Source: Verrucomicrobiota bacterium
GTDB taxonomy: Bacteria; Verrucomicrobiota; Verrucomicrobiia; Opitutales; Opitutaceae
Direction: 5' to 3'
Assembly: GCA_023443455.1 (NCBI GenBank)
Contig: JAEZUE010000103.1
Coordinates: 51,885 to 115,884, forward strand
Length of the DNA stretch: 64,000 nucleotides
The notes below the pieces were generated by a model. That model was not told the origin of the DNA. It ran no database searches and was given only the letters and a program-made list of their open reading frames with translations. Every line of letters begins with the position of its first letter. The first letter of the stretch is position 1. A program made the translations under genes and the position numbers. Of the stretch, positions 1 through 8,249 are shown in pieces.

Positions 1-2
1 TG

Positions 3-833
3 GACGCCTTCTTCGACGCCCTCGTCCTTCGCGAAGCTGGCGCACTCATCCTCACCGGCCTTCAGGGCAACTTCGACTGGCCGTCCTACGTCGCCCCGAG
101 TGCGTTCGCGCACAAGGCTGAGAACGCCGACGCCGGCGAGGGCTCCCCGTCGTTCTCGGACGTCTCCTTCTCGCCGAAGCGCCTCCCTGGCTTCATCGAC
201 CTGTCGGACCAGCTGCTCATGCAGACCGGTTCCGTCGTCGAGCAGGTCGTTCGTCAAAACCTTATCTCGCAGCTCGCCGCCCAGGCCGAGTACTTCGCGA
301 TCCACGGCACTGGCCTCAACGGCCAGCCGAAGGGCATCCTCGCGACTGTTGGCATCGGTGATGTTGCGATGGGTACGAACGGCGCCATCCCGACGTGGGC
401 GAAGGTCGTCGCGCTCGAGACGAAGATCGCAGTGCAGAATGCCGCCCGCGGCACGCTGCACTACCTCAGCAACGAGAAGATGCGCGGCCAGCTGAAGGTG
501 ACCCCGAAGGTTGCCAGCACCGACTCGCGCATGATTCTCGACGACGCCGCCGGCGGTATGCTCAACGGGCACAAGCCGCTGTTCACGAACTCCGTCGCGT
601 CGAACCTCGTCAAGGGCAGCTCGGGCGCGAAGTGCTCGCCGATCATCTTTGGCCAGTTCTCCGACCTCGTCATGGGCTACTGGTCCGGCATCGAAATCGA
701 CCTCGTCCGCGATGTCGCATACGCGAAGGCCGGAAAGCGCGCGCTCGTGTTCAACTTGTTCCACGACTCCAACGTCGTTCGCCCGACCTCCTTCGCGGCG
801 ATCAAGGACTCGCTCACCACGACCATCGACTGA
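3..833 (+). CDS. Phage major capsid protein, HK97 family (C-terminal part; the ORF is open to the window edge)
   Basis: Frame 3 is open from nt 3. The stretch ...YFAIHGTGLNGQPKGILATVGIGDVAMGTNGAIPTWAKVVALE...ILDDAAGGMLNGHKPLFTNS... is typical of HK97-like capsids. It precedes the connector genes. Confidence 0.85.
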   Translation, partial: DAFFDALVLREAGALILTGLQGNFDWPSYVAPSAFAHKAENADAGEGSPSFSDVSFSPKRLPGFIDLSDQLLMQTGSVVEQVVRQNLISQLAAQAEYFAIHGTGLNGQPKGILATVGIGDVAMGTNGAIPTWAKVVALETKIAVQNAARGTLHYLSNEKMRGQLKVTPKVASTDSRMILDDAAGGMLNGHKPLFTNSVASNLVKGSSGAKCSPIIFGQFSDLVMGYWSGIEIDLVRDVAYAKAGKRALVFNLFHDSNVVRPTSFAAIKDSLTTTID

Positions 834-853
834 ACGTCGACCTGAACCATCAC

Positions 854-887
854 GCGGCCGGAGAGTGAACATCTCCGGCCGCTTCTC
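854..887 (+). terminator. Hairpin, terminator/attenuator-like, downstream of the capsid gene
   Basis: GCGGCCGGAGA-gtgaaca-TCTCCGGCCGC (11-bp stem) followed by TTCTC. The T-tract is weak. Confidence 0.45.
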
Positions 888-892
888 AGAAA

Positions 893-1696
893 ATGCCCCG
901 AACCATAGCAGACTTCGTCGGAATCCACCGCGGCGAGACCGCGTGGATCTTCGGCAAGGGCCCGACGCTCGACCGCTTCGACATGGCGTCGGCCGGCCCG
1001 ATCCGTTGCGCGCTCAATGACGTAGTCCGCTATGTTCCGGAGGTGATGTTTTGTTTCGCGTGCGACGGAATCGGGCCATGGGCGCACCTCTACCGTCCCG
1101 AAAATATTCTCTTCCAGCCGCAGCGCACCGTCGAACGCCACGACATGCGCAACCCGGAGACGTGGCCGTGTGAACTCGTTCCATTCGTCGACATGCCCGG
1201 CGTCGACCTCGCCGGCCGCTCCGTCGCTGACCTCGTCTCCGGCGGACTTGCCATTCGCCGCGGCACGATCGGCAGCGCGATCCAGGTCCTCCACATCATG
1301 GGGATCACGAAGATCGTCTGCGTCGGGATCGATGGCGGCGGAGGGCGCGCGGCGAAGGAGTGGCACACGAACCTTCGGTCCGATCATCACGAAGACTACA
1401 ACGACATCCGCGACGGCTTCATCGCCGCCGCTTCCATTCTCGGAATCGAGCTCGAGTTCTTCGGACTCGACTCCCCCATCGTGAATACGAACGGCACCAT
1501 CACCGTCCGCATTTTGTCCGGTTGCGGCATCGGGTCTGGCTCTGCGGAGGCTGGCGACATTCTCGATCTGCACCCGGCCGATGCGAAGACGCTTCTCCGC
1601 CTACGCCTCGCCGAGCCGTTCGTGCGCCACCCTGCGCACCCTCGCATTCGCGAGACCGCCACACTCGACCGTCCACGGGAGACCCGCTCATGCTGA
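893..1696 (+). CDS. DUF115/MptE-like (Maf/CstII-type glycosyltransferase-like) protein; a non-structural insert in the head module
   Basis: N-terminal WIFGKGPTLD resembles the GNGPSL nucleotide-binding start of DUF115/GT42-type proteins. A later GTIGSAIQVLHIMGITKIVCVGIDGG block matches the second conserved block. The stop overlaps the next start (ATGCTGA). Confidence 0.4.
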   Translation: MPRTIADFVGIHRGETAWIFGKGPTLDRFDMASAGPIRCALNDVVRYVPEVMFCFACDGIGPWAHLYRPENILFQPQRTVERHDMRNPETWPCELVPFVDMPGVDLAGRSVADLVSGGLAIRRGTIGSAIQVLHIMGITKIVCVGIDGGGGRAAKEWHTNLRSDHHEDYNDIRDGFIAAASILGIELEFFGLDSPIVNTNGTITVRILSGCGIGSGSAEAGDILDLHPADAKTLLRLRLAEPFVRHPAHPRIRETATLDRPRETRSC

Positions 1697-2265
1697 TCAC
1701 CGACCGCCTCACCACTCCGCCCGCCGAGGAGCCGATCACCGTATCCGAGCTGAAGGCGCATCTTCGCATCACGAGCGATGAAGAAGACACGGAGCTTGCT
1801 GGCTACATCGCGTCGGCTCGTGAGTACTACGAGGGGCAGACCGGTCGGGCGCTCGTAACGCAGTCGCGCACTGCGGCATTCGACGAGTTCCCGGTCGGGG
1901 GCGGCGCCGTCACATTCGGCCGCGTTCCCCTCACCTCGGTGGCCGCCGTGAAGTACCTCGACGGCGAACTCGTCGAGCGGACGCTCGGAGGGACCGCGTA
2001 CTACGCCGACACGATCGGCGAGCCTGGAAGCATCAGCCTTCGCCCCGGCCAGTCGTGGCCAGCCACGGCTACCGTTTCGAACGCCGTCCGCGTGGAGTAT
2101 ACCTGCGGGACAGAGGCGGCTTCAGTCTCCGCGGTCGCGAGGCAGGCGATCCTGTTCCTTGCCGCCCACTTCTTCGAAAACCGGGTTCCGGTCAACATCA
2201 GCGCCACCGCGAGCGATGTCCCGCTCACGCTTCAGGCGCTGATCTGGTCGGACCGCATCCACTGA
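1690..2265 (+). CDS. Phage gp6-like head-tail connector protein
   Basis: PITVSELKAHLRITSDEEDTELAGYIASAREYYEGQTGRAL matches the gp6-like connector N-terminal signature. It lies directly after the capsid region. Confidence 0.75.
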   Translation: MLITDRLTTPPAEEPITVSELKAHLRITSDEEDTELAGYIASAREYYEGQTGRALVTQSRTAAFDEFPVGGGAVTFGRVPLTSVAAVKYLDGELVERTLGGTAYYADTIGEPGSISLRPGQSWPATATVSNAVRVEYTCGTEAASVSAVARQAILFLAAHFFENRVPVNISATASDVPLTLQALIWSDRIH

Positions 2266-2276
2266 CCCCACCAGCC

Positions 2277-2486
2277 ATGCGCGACCTTCTCCGCGATCTC
2301 ATCACCTTCCTCGTAACGATGGCTACGGCCGCCGGTTCGTACCTTGCGGGCAATTACGACAAGCTCTCGGCCGCTGCGCTCTCCATCGCCGGACTATCCT
2401 TCTTGGTCTGGCGCTGGCGCAAGGCGTCGAAGACGCAGCTCTGCGACAAGACGAACTGCCCGCACCGCCACGACCCGACCTCCTGA
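2277..2486 (+). CDS. Small membrane protein (hypothetical) with a Cys/His-rich tail
   Basis: 69 aa with two hydrophobic segments, ending in CDKTNCPHRHD. The ATG at 2277 is in frame within the longer GTG ORF. Confidence 0.4.
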   Translation: MRDLLRDLITFLVTMATAAGSYLAGNYDKLSAAALSIAGLSFLVWRWRKASKTQLCDKTNCPHRHDPTS

Positions 2487-2489
2487 GTC

Positions 2490-3302
2490 ATGAACCCCGG
2501 CCGTCTCGACAAGTACGTCTCGCTCCGTCGCCTCGATACCTCGCTCGACGCGATCGGTGGAGTCGTGGAGTCGTGGACGCATGTGGCCTGGGTCTGGGCG
2601 CAGAAGCTCCCGGAGAAAGGCCGCGAATTCATCGCTGCGCAGGCTCGCGTTGCCGAGGCCGCCGCGGTGTTCCGCATCCGCTACCGCTCCGACATCGCCG
2701 CGACGTGGCGCATCTTTTCCGAGGGGGTTGGCTACCAGGTGGCGGCTCCGCCGGTCGAAGTTGGCCGGCGGAGCTTTCTCGACCTGATCGTACGCTCTGC
2801 CCCGCCATCCGATCCGCAGTGGCCGCTGTCGAACGTGTTTGAGGTCTCGCTCAAGGCGGGCGAGGCGTTGCGTGCCGTCACCTTCGCCGCCGCCTTCGAG
2901 TCGGCGCCGCGTGGCCTCTACGTGCAGCTCCTCGTCCCGGCCGGTGGCGAGACGTTCGAGGTGTTGATCAACCCGGCAAACATCACGGCCGCCGGCTTCG
3001 TCGCCGAGTTCGGCGCCGCAGTTCCGTCGGGCGGGTACAAGCTCAGCGTCCAGGCGTTTCAGTTCGTGCAGACGTTTACGGTCGAGCTGACGGACGGCGC
3101 CGCGTCGCAGGCCGTCGAGTTCGCCACCGCGTTCCCGTCCGTGCCTCGTGGGCTCAAGGCCACGCTCCTGCCCCCGTCCGACGGCTACGAGTTCACCGCC
3201 GCGCTGGTCGTCAAGTCTCTCACCGCCGCCGGATTCTCTCTCGAGTTCGGCGCCATCGTCCCCGGGCCCGGCTACCGCGCACTCATCCAAGTTTCGCTAT
3301 GA
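2490..3302 (+). CDS. Head-tail adaptor (SPP1 gp16 / head-closure family) fused to two tandem ~78-aa lectin-like repeats
   Basis: Residues 1-105 (LDKYVSLRRL...DAIGGVVESWTHVAWVWAQKLPEKGREFIAAQARVAEAAAVFRIRYRSDI) fit the head-tail joining family. Residues 114-191 and 192-270 are internal repeats. Confidence 0.7.
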   Translation: MNPGRLDKYVSLRRLDTSLDAIGGVVESWTHVAWVWAQKLPEKGREFIAAQARVAEAAAVFRIRYRSDIAATWRIFSEGVGYQVAAPPVEVGRRSFLDLIVRSAPPSDPQWPLSNVFEVSLKAGEALRAVTFAAAFESAPRGLYVQLLVPAGGETFEVLINPANITAAGFVAEFGAAVPSGGYKLSVQAFQFVQTFTVELTDGAASQAVEFATAFPSVPRGLKATLLPPSDGYEFTAALVVKSLTAAGFSLEFGAIVPGPGYRALIQVSL

Positions 3303-5854
3303 GAAAGTCCACCGCCATCCTACTCGCCGCGCTCTGCCTCGCCCCGTACGCGCAGGCCCAGAACACCCTCGCCGGTAACCTGACCGTGCAGCAGACGGTC
3401 AAGCTCACCGGTGCCGCGTCGCCCGCCCAGATCACGTCAAACGTCAACGACTACGCGCCGACCGGGTTCGCCACGGCATCCGTGCTCCGCCTCCAGTCCG
3501 ACGTCCCGCGCACCATCACCGGCCTAGCAGGCGGCGTCGCCGGGCGCATGGTCTGGCTGACCAACGTCGGATCGCAGACGATCACGCTGGCGACGGAGTC
3601 GGCATCTTCGACGGCCGCCAATCGCTTCGCCTTCGGAGCGCTCGGCTTCGATCTCCCGGCCGGCGGGAGCCTCAGTATCTGGTACGACACCACGTCCAGC
3701 CGTTGGCGCGCCGCGACCAATCTCGCCGCGGGTGGTGGTGGCGGAACCATTGACCAGACCGCCCGCGACGCAGCGGCGGCCGCCCAGGCCACCGCCGACG
3801 GCAAACAGGACGCGCTGGCCAACGCGGCCACGCTGGCAAAGGTCAGCGAGTCCGGCGGCCTCCCGCTTTGGGACGGCTCCGCGTGGCCCGGCGGCGGTGG
3901 CGGCGGGACCGGCACCGTGACAGAAGTCTCCGTCGTCACTGCGAACGGCGTATCGGGATCAGTCTCCAACGCGTCGACCACGCCGGCCATCACCATCTCG
4001 CTTGGCTCCATCACTCCGGCGAGCGTCGCGGCGTCCGGCACCGTCACCGGCTCGAATCTCAGCGGCACGAATACCGGTGACCAGACCAACGTCACCGGCA
4101 ACGCCGGCACGGCGACCAAGCTGGCCACGGCCCGCACGATCAATGGCGTCTCCTTCGACGGTACGGCCAACATCACCGTGCCGGCCGCCGCCGGCACACT
4201 CACCGGGTCCACGCTGGCGAGTGGCGTCACTGCGTCGTCCCTGACCAGCGCCGCGGGCGGATCCTTCGGCACCGCAGCCTTTACGGCCGCGACCTCGTAC
4301 GACCCGGCCGGATCCGCCGCCGCGATCACGCTTGCCGGTCTCGGCGGAGTGCCGACGTCGCGCACGGTCAACGGGCACGCGCTCACGGGCAACGTCACGG
4401 TGACGCCGTCCGACCTCTCGCTCGTGATCGGCGCGAACACCCAAGCATGGTCTACGAAACTCGATACCATCGCCGCCCTCGCCGCTGGCTCCGGGTGGCT
4501 GCACAACGACGGAACCGGCGCGCTCGCGTGGTCCATCCCTAGCAAGTCCGACATCGGCCTCGGATCAGTCGAGAACACCGCGCTCTCGACGTGGGCGGGC
4601 TCCGCGAGCATCTCGACGGTCGGTACCATCACCTCGGGCACATGGCAGGGAATGGCTGTCGACGACACCTACGTCGCCAGCGCCGCGGCGTGGAACGCGA
4701 AGGTCTCGTTCCCGGGATTTGGCACGACCGGCTCGACCGCTGCCGTTGGCAACGACTCGCGCTTGAGCGATGCCCGCACCCCGCTTGCGCACAACCAAGC
4801 GTGGAGCACGATCACTACTACCCCAACCACGTTGAGCGGGTACGGCATCACCGATGCGCAGGGGTTGGACTCTGACCTCACTGCGCTGGCTGGTAACAGC
4901 ACCAACGGCCTGTGGGCGCGGACCGGCTCGGGCACTGGCGCAGCTCGCACCATCACCGGCACCGCCAACCAAGTCACCGTGACGAACGGCGACGGCGTGG
5001 CAGGCAACCCGACACTAGCCTTACCCCAGAGTATTGCCACAACGAGCACACCACAGTTCGCCAGAATCGGCATTGGGCAAGCTGCTGACGCAGCAATCGA
5101 GGTGTCGATTGCGGGCAACTTGATGCTACCGGGAGCCGGAAGGCGCATTCTGGGGGACTTCTCAAACTCTACCTTCCCAAATCGGCTAATATTTCAATCA
5201 ACAACTACGAATGGTAATACCAACGTGATGGCAATGCCGAACGGGACGGCGACGCTATCGAGTTGGACGCTACTGAACTCATCGAGTGCGACGGATTGTG
5301 CGAAGCTGCAATTTTATACGACCGGTGCGTCATCCCACCACCTAAACTCGGGGCATGTTGGATCCGGGACAACCCTGTCCGTGGCCTTTTCCATCGATGA
5401 CATTCCCGCGCTAGAGATTTTAACCACCCGAGCAATTAAGTTACCGACCTACGGCGCCGGCACACTCGTCACCGACAGCTCGGGCAACGTCACCGCTTCA
5501 TCGGACGCCAGCCTCAAGACCGTAACGGGCACGTTCACGCGCGGTCTCGCTGACGTTCTCAAGCTCACGCCACGTACATACCACTGGAATGCGCAGTCCG
5601 GCATGAATACGGATGACGAGAACGTCGGCTTCATCGCGCAAGAAGTCCTCGAATCCATCCCCGAAGCGGTGGGGCAATATCGCACCTCCGAAGTCGAGGT
5701 TGACGGGAAGAAGACCAAGAAGCGCGAAAAGGCCGAGCTGCTCACTCTTTCCGACCGCCCGTTGATTGCCGCGCTGGTCAACGCCGTGAAGGAATTGAAG
5801 GCCGAGAACGACGCGCTCAGCGCACGCATCGCGAAACTGGAGGGGAAGAAGTGA
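3299..5854 (+). CDS. Tail fibre/spike-like protein with a C-terminal intramolecular-chaperone (peptidase S74) domain and an N-terminal Sec-type signal peptide
   Basis: N-terminus MRKSTAILLAALCLAPYAQA-Q. A fibre repeat is present (TGNAGTATKLATARTINGVSFDGTANITVPA). The C-terminus LKLTPRTYHWN...NVGFIAQEVLESIPEAV...LIAALVNAVKELKAENDAL is typical of S74 chaperone domains. Confidence 0.75.
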   Translation: MRKSTAILLAALCLAPYAQAQNTLAGNLTVQQTVKLTGAASPAQITSNVNDYAPTGFATASVLRLQSDVPRTITGLAGGVAGRMVWLTNVGSQTITLATESASSTAANRFAFGALGFDLPAGGSLSIWYDTTSSRWRAATNLAAGGGGGTIDQTARDAAAAAQATADGKQDALANAATLAKVSESGGLPLWDGSAWPGGGGGGTGTVTEVSVVTANGVSGSVSNASTTPAITISLGSITPASVAASGTVTGSNLSGTNTGDQTNVTGNAGTATKLATARTINGVSFDGTANITVPAAAGTLTGSTLASGVTASSLTSAAGGSFGTAAFTAATSYDPAGSAAAITLAGLGGVPTSRTVNGHALTGNVTVTPSDLSLVIGANTQAWSTKLDTIAALAAGSGWLHNDGTGALAWSIPSKSDIGLGSVENTALSTWAGSASISTVGTITSGTWQGMAVDDTYVASAAAWNAKVSFPGFGTTGSTAAVGNDSRLSDARTPLAHNQAWSTITTTPTTLSGYGITDAQGLDSDLTALAGNSTNGLWARTGSGTGAARTITGTANQVTVTNGDGVAGNPTLALPQSIATTSTPQFARIGIGQAADAAIEVSIAGNLMLPGAGRRILGDFSNSTFPNRLIFQSTTTNGNTNVMAMPNGTATLSSWTLLNSSSATDCAKLQFYTTGASSHHLNSGHVGSGTTLSVAFSIDDIPALEILTTRAIKLPTYGAGTLVTDSSGNVTASSDASLKTVTGTFTRGLADVLKLTPRTYHWNAQSGMNTDDENVGFIAQEVLESIPEAVGQYRTSEVEVDGKKTKKREKAELLTLSDRPLIAALVNAVKELKAENDALSARIAKLEGKK

Positions 5855-6057
5855 AGCACCGCCCCGATACCCGTGGCCTCCTCTACTTCAGTATCGCCGT
5901 CCTTGGCGTTTGGGCTGGCGAGCTGGCGAACCTTGGCGGGGCCGAGCTCTTCGCCCGCATCTCCGACCGTTGGCCCGCGCTCGCAATCTCCTCTGTGCTC
6001 GCCGGTCTCATCGCCGTGCGCGCCTACATCGATCAGCACATCTCGCGCAACAAGTAA
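5851..6057 (+). CDS. Small two-TM membrane protein (holin-like topology; function unknown)
   Basis: The GTG start overlaps the fibre stop (GTGA). 68 aa with two hydrophobic helices and a basic C-terminus. Confidence 0.4.
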   Translation: MKHRPDTRGLLYFSIAVLGVWAGELANLGGAELFARISDRWPALAISSVLAGLIAVRAYIDQHISRNK

Positions 6058-6063
6058 CCAGTC

Positions 6064-6522
6064 ATGAAATACCTAACCACCCTCATCTTCGCAGCGCTAG
6101 CGCTGCTCTGCCTCCAGGCCTGCACTACCACCACCGGCACCAATCCTGATCGCTCTGCGGCCATCACCAGCGCCGTCCTTGAGCTCGCCGGCACGGCCAT
6201 CGCCCCGGTGCTCACGAACAACCCCGAGTACCGTCCCGTCGCCTCTGGCGTGGCCGAGGCGCTCGGCACTCTCGAGACCGGCACCATCACCGCGGAGACG
6301 GTCCGCAGCTTCATTGCCGCCTTGGCTGAGCGTCAGGGTTGGGCGCCCGACCAGCGCGCCTATGCCGAGCTCATGGCCGCCTCCGCCTGGACGATCTACA
6401 CCGCGCAGACCGGGCAGACATCAGCTCCCGTATCCGACCCGCAGACGCTCGCGTGGATCTCCGCTTTCCGCCGTGGCCTGCAAACCGCCGTCGCACTCAG
6501 CGCCGCGCCCGCTTCGTCCTGA
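6064..6522 (+). CDS. Phage-encoded lipoprotein (hypothetical)
   Basis: Lipobox LLCLQAC after a signal sequence (MKYLTTLIFAALALLCLQAC). The mature part is predicted helical. Confidence 0.55.
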   Translation: MKYLTTLIFAALALLCLQACTTTTGTNPDRSAAITSAVLELAGTAIAPVLTNNPEYRPVASGVAEALGTLETGTITAETVRSFIAALAERQGWAPDQRAYAELMAASAWTIYTAQTGQTSAPVSDPQTLAWISAFRRGLQTAVALSAAPASS

Positions 6523-6524
6523 CC

Positions 6525-6737
6525 ATGGCCCTCGGCGAATCCATCTTCTCGGCCATCGCGAACGTCTTCGGTCTCACCCGGGACCGGAGCGCACTGCGCA
6601 ACTCGCCCGCGATGCAGGCGAGCAAGGCCGCGAAGACGGACGCCACCATCCGAGCCGAGTCCACGGCCGCCGTCGCCGCCGCCAAGACCGGCGACGCCGA
6701 AGCCCTCGAGAAACTCCGCCGACTCACCGCCGAATGA
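6525..6737 (+). CDS. Hypothetical small protein
   Basis: 70 aa. It starts 3 nt after the previous stop, and its stop overlaps the next start (ATGA). Confidence 0.35.
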   Translation: MALGESIFSAIANVFGLTRDRSALRNSPAMQASKAAKTDATIRAESTAAVAAAKTGDAEALEKLRRLTAE

Positions 6738-7090
6738 ACACCCTCCGCTCTCTTCTTTTCGGCCTCGGCCTCGCGCTCGCCGTGACCAGCTGCACAACCG
6801 TCGTCCCGACTCCGGCCGATGTGCCAGCCGCTGCGTCCTTCGACGGGGCCGAGCAGAATAGCGGAATCGTCAGCGTGCAGCCCGACGGGCTATTCGTTGT
6901 CACGTCGCATCTGCGTGCCAGGTACAACGCGCTTGTCGCCGACTACGGCCATGAGTTCGCGCCGGCCATCGTCGCAGACTACGGCCTCGCCCCGATTGCC
7001 GAGACCGATCGCTGGACGATGACGCCGCAGGCTATGGCCGACTTTGCCATCATGATCCAGTGGCGACGCATGGGGAGGACCTCCCGATGA
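6734..7090 (+). CDS. Phage-encoded lipoprotein (hypothetical)
   Basis: MNTLRSLLFGLGLALAVTSC lipobox. ATGA overlaps on both sides. Confidence 0.55.
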   Translation: MNTLRSLLFGLGLALAVTSCTTVVPTPADVPAAASFDGAEQNSGIVSVQPDGLFVVTSHLRARYNALVADYGHEFAPAIVADYGLAPIAETDRWTMTPQAMADFAIMIQWRRMGRTSR

Positions 7091-7479
7091 CCGAGTCTCT
7101 TGCCGCTCTCATCACTTCGACCGCGAAGGCCGCCTCTGCCGTCGCCGCCATCGCGGGCTCTCGCATCTATCCGACCGCGGCACCGCAGGGCGTCGTGGCG
7201 CCGTACAGCGTCTGGACTGAGGTGTCCACGGTCGGCGCCGAGTCGCACGACAACATGCTCGGGCAGGACGAGACGCAGGTGCAGTTCGCGTGCTACGCGA
7301 ACGACACGCGCACCGCGCTCCTCCTCCGCTCCGCCATCCGCTCCGCATTTTGCACCGGCGGCGGCTACCTCAACGGCACCACCGTGACGAGCCCGACGCT
7401 CCGCCTTCTTCCCGCCGACGAGGTCTCGTTGGCCAATGCCATTCTCGAACTCACGTTTATCCACAATCCTACCACGTAA
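7087..7479 (+). CDS. Tail terminator / tail completion protein (DUF3168 family)
   Basis: ...GSRIYPTAAPQGVVAPYSVWTEVS...ETQVQFACYAND... matches the DUF3168 pattern. It lies immediately upstream of the tail tube gene. Confidence 0.65.
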   Translation: MTESLAALITSTAKAASAVAAIAGSRIYPTAAPQGVVAPYSVWTEVSTVGAESHDNMLGQDETQVQFACYANDTRTALLLRSAIRSAFCTGGGYLNGTTVTSPTLRLLPADEVSLANAILELTFIHNPTT

Positions 7480-7484
7480 ACACC

Positions 7485-7910
7485 ATGTCCACCGTCTATC
7501 CCAACAAGGGCAAAAGCATCAAGGCCGGCGCTGCCGCGTCTCCCACCACTGTCGTCCCCGGTCTCCTCGACTTTGACATCAACGAGGGCGGCCGCGAACT
7601 CTTCGACACCACGAACCAGTCGACTACTGGGACTAAGACGTACGCGCCTGAGCCGCTTCGCGAGCCGCGCAACGTTGAGGTGAAGCTGCAGTTCGACCCG
7701 AAGGACACCGAACACGCCCGGCTCTACGCGGCCTATCTCGCCGGGACGCTTGAGTACCAAACCTTCATTCTGGCAAGCGGCTCCACGTTCGCGTTCTCGG
7801 GATACATCACCGACTTCCCGATTCCCGGCGGCGGTCTCACCGGCCAGGCGGAAGCGTCCTATACGTTCCGCGCTGTTGCCGCCGAAACCTTCACCCCGTC
7901 TCCGGCCTAA
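7485..7910 (+). CDS. Major tail (tail tube) protein
   Basis: 141 aa, positioned between the terminator and chaperone genes. Size and beta-rich sequence are consistent with siphovirus tube proteins. Confidence 0.6.
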   Translation: MSTVYPNKGKSIKAGAAASPTTVVPGLLDFDINEGGRELFDTTNQSTTGTKTYAPEPLREPRNVEVKLQFDPKDTEHARLYAAYLAGTLEYQTFILASGSTFAFSGYITDFPIPGGGLTGQAEASYTFRAVAAETFTPSPA

Positions 7911-7919
7911 CCTCTCGCC

Positions 7920-8249
7920 ATGCCAGCCACCCCATCACAAGCAAAGACGGCCAAGGTCATGCTCGATTGCGAGCGATCAATGACCTACGACACCCGCGCC
8001 GAGTTTCGCATGGGCTCGCTTGATCGCCCGTTCGGAGTCGGCGACCTAAGCAACAGGCGCCGCTCTTGGGCGGCTCTCGTTGCGTGGACGTGGGCATGCT
8101 TATGCGATGACGACGCCGCAGAATTTCAGACTCCGGAATCGCTCGCCGCAGTGATGCAGTCACCTGACGCCATCAAGTCGGCCTTCGCGGCGTTCATCGA
8201 GACGTACACCGCAGCGCTGCCACCGAGCGCAAAAAACTCCGACGGCTGA
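7920..8249 (+). CDS. Tail assembly chaperone (gpG analogue)
   Basis: Lies between the tube and tape-measure genes. It ends just after an A AAA AAC heptamer. The next ORF is in the -1 frame. Confidence 0.65.
   Translation: MPATPSQAKTAKVMLDCERSMTYDTRAEFRMGSLDRPFGVGDLSNRRRSWAALVAWTWACLCDDDAAEFQTPESLAAVMQSPDAIKSAFAAFIETYTAALPPSAKNSDG
8231..8237 (+). promoter_or_regulatory. -1 programmed ribosomal frameshift slippery heptamer, A AAA AAC
   Basis: In the zero frame the codons read GCA AAA AAC TCC GAC GGC TGA. After a -1 slip the reading is AAA AAA CTC CGA CGG CTG ATG..., which is open into ORF 8249-8602. Confidence 0.6.

Noticed and set aside
5851-7090. Calling the small membrane protein plus lipoproteins a holin/spanin lysis cassette.
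   Set aside because: No endolysin-like gene is adjacent. The lipoproteins (152 and 118 aa) are larger than typical o-spanins, and no embedded or overlapping i-spanin arrangement is seen. The cassette is kept as envelope-targeted genes of unknown role.
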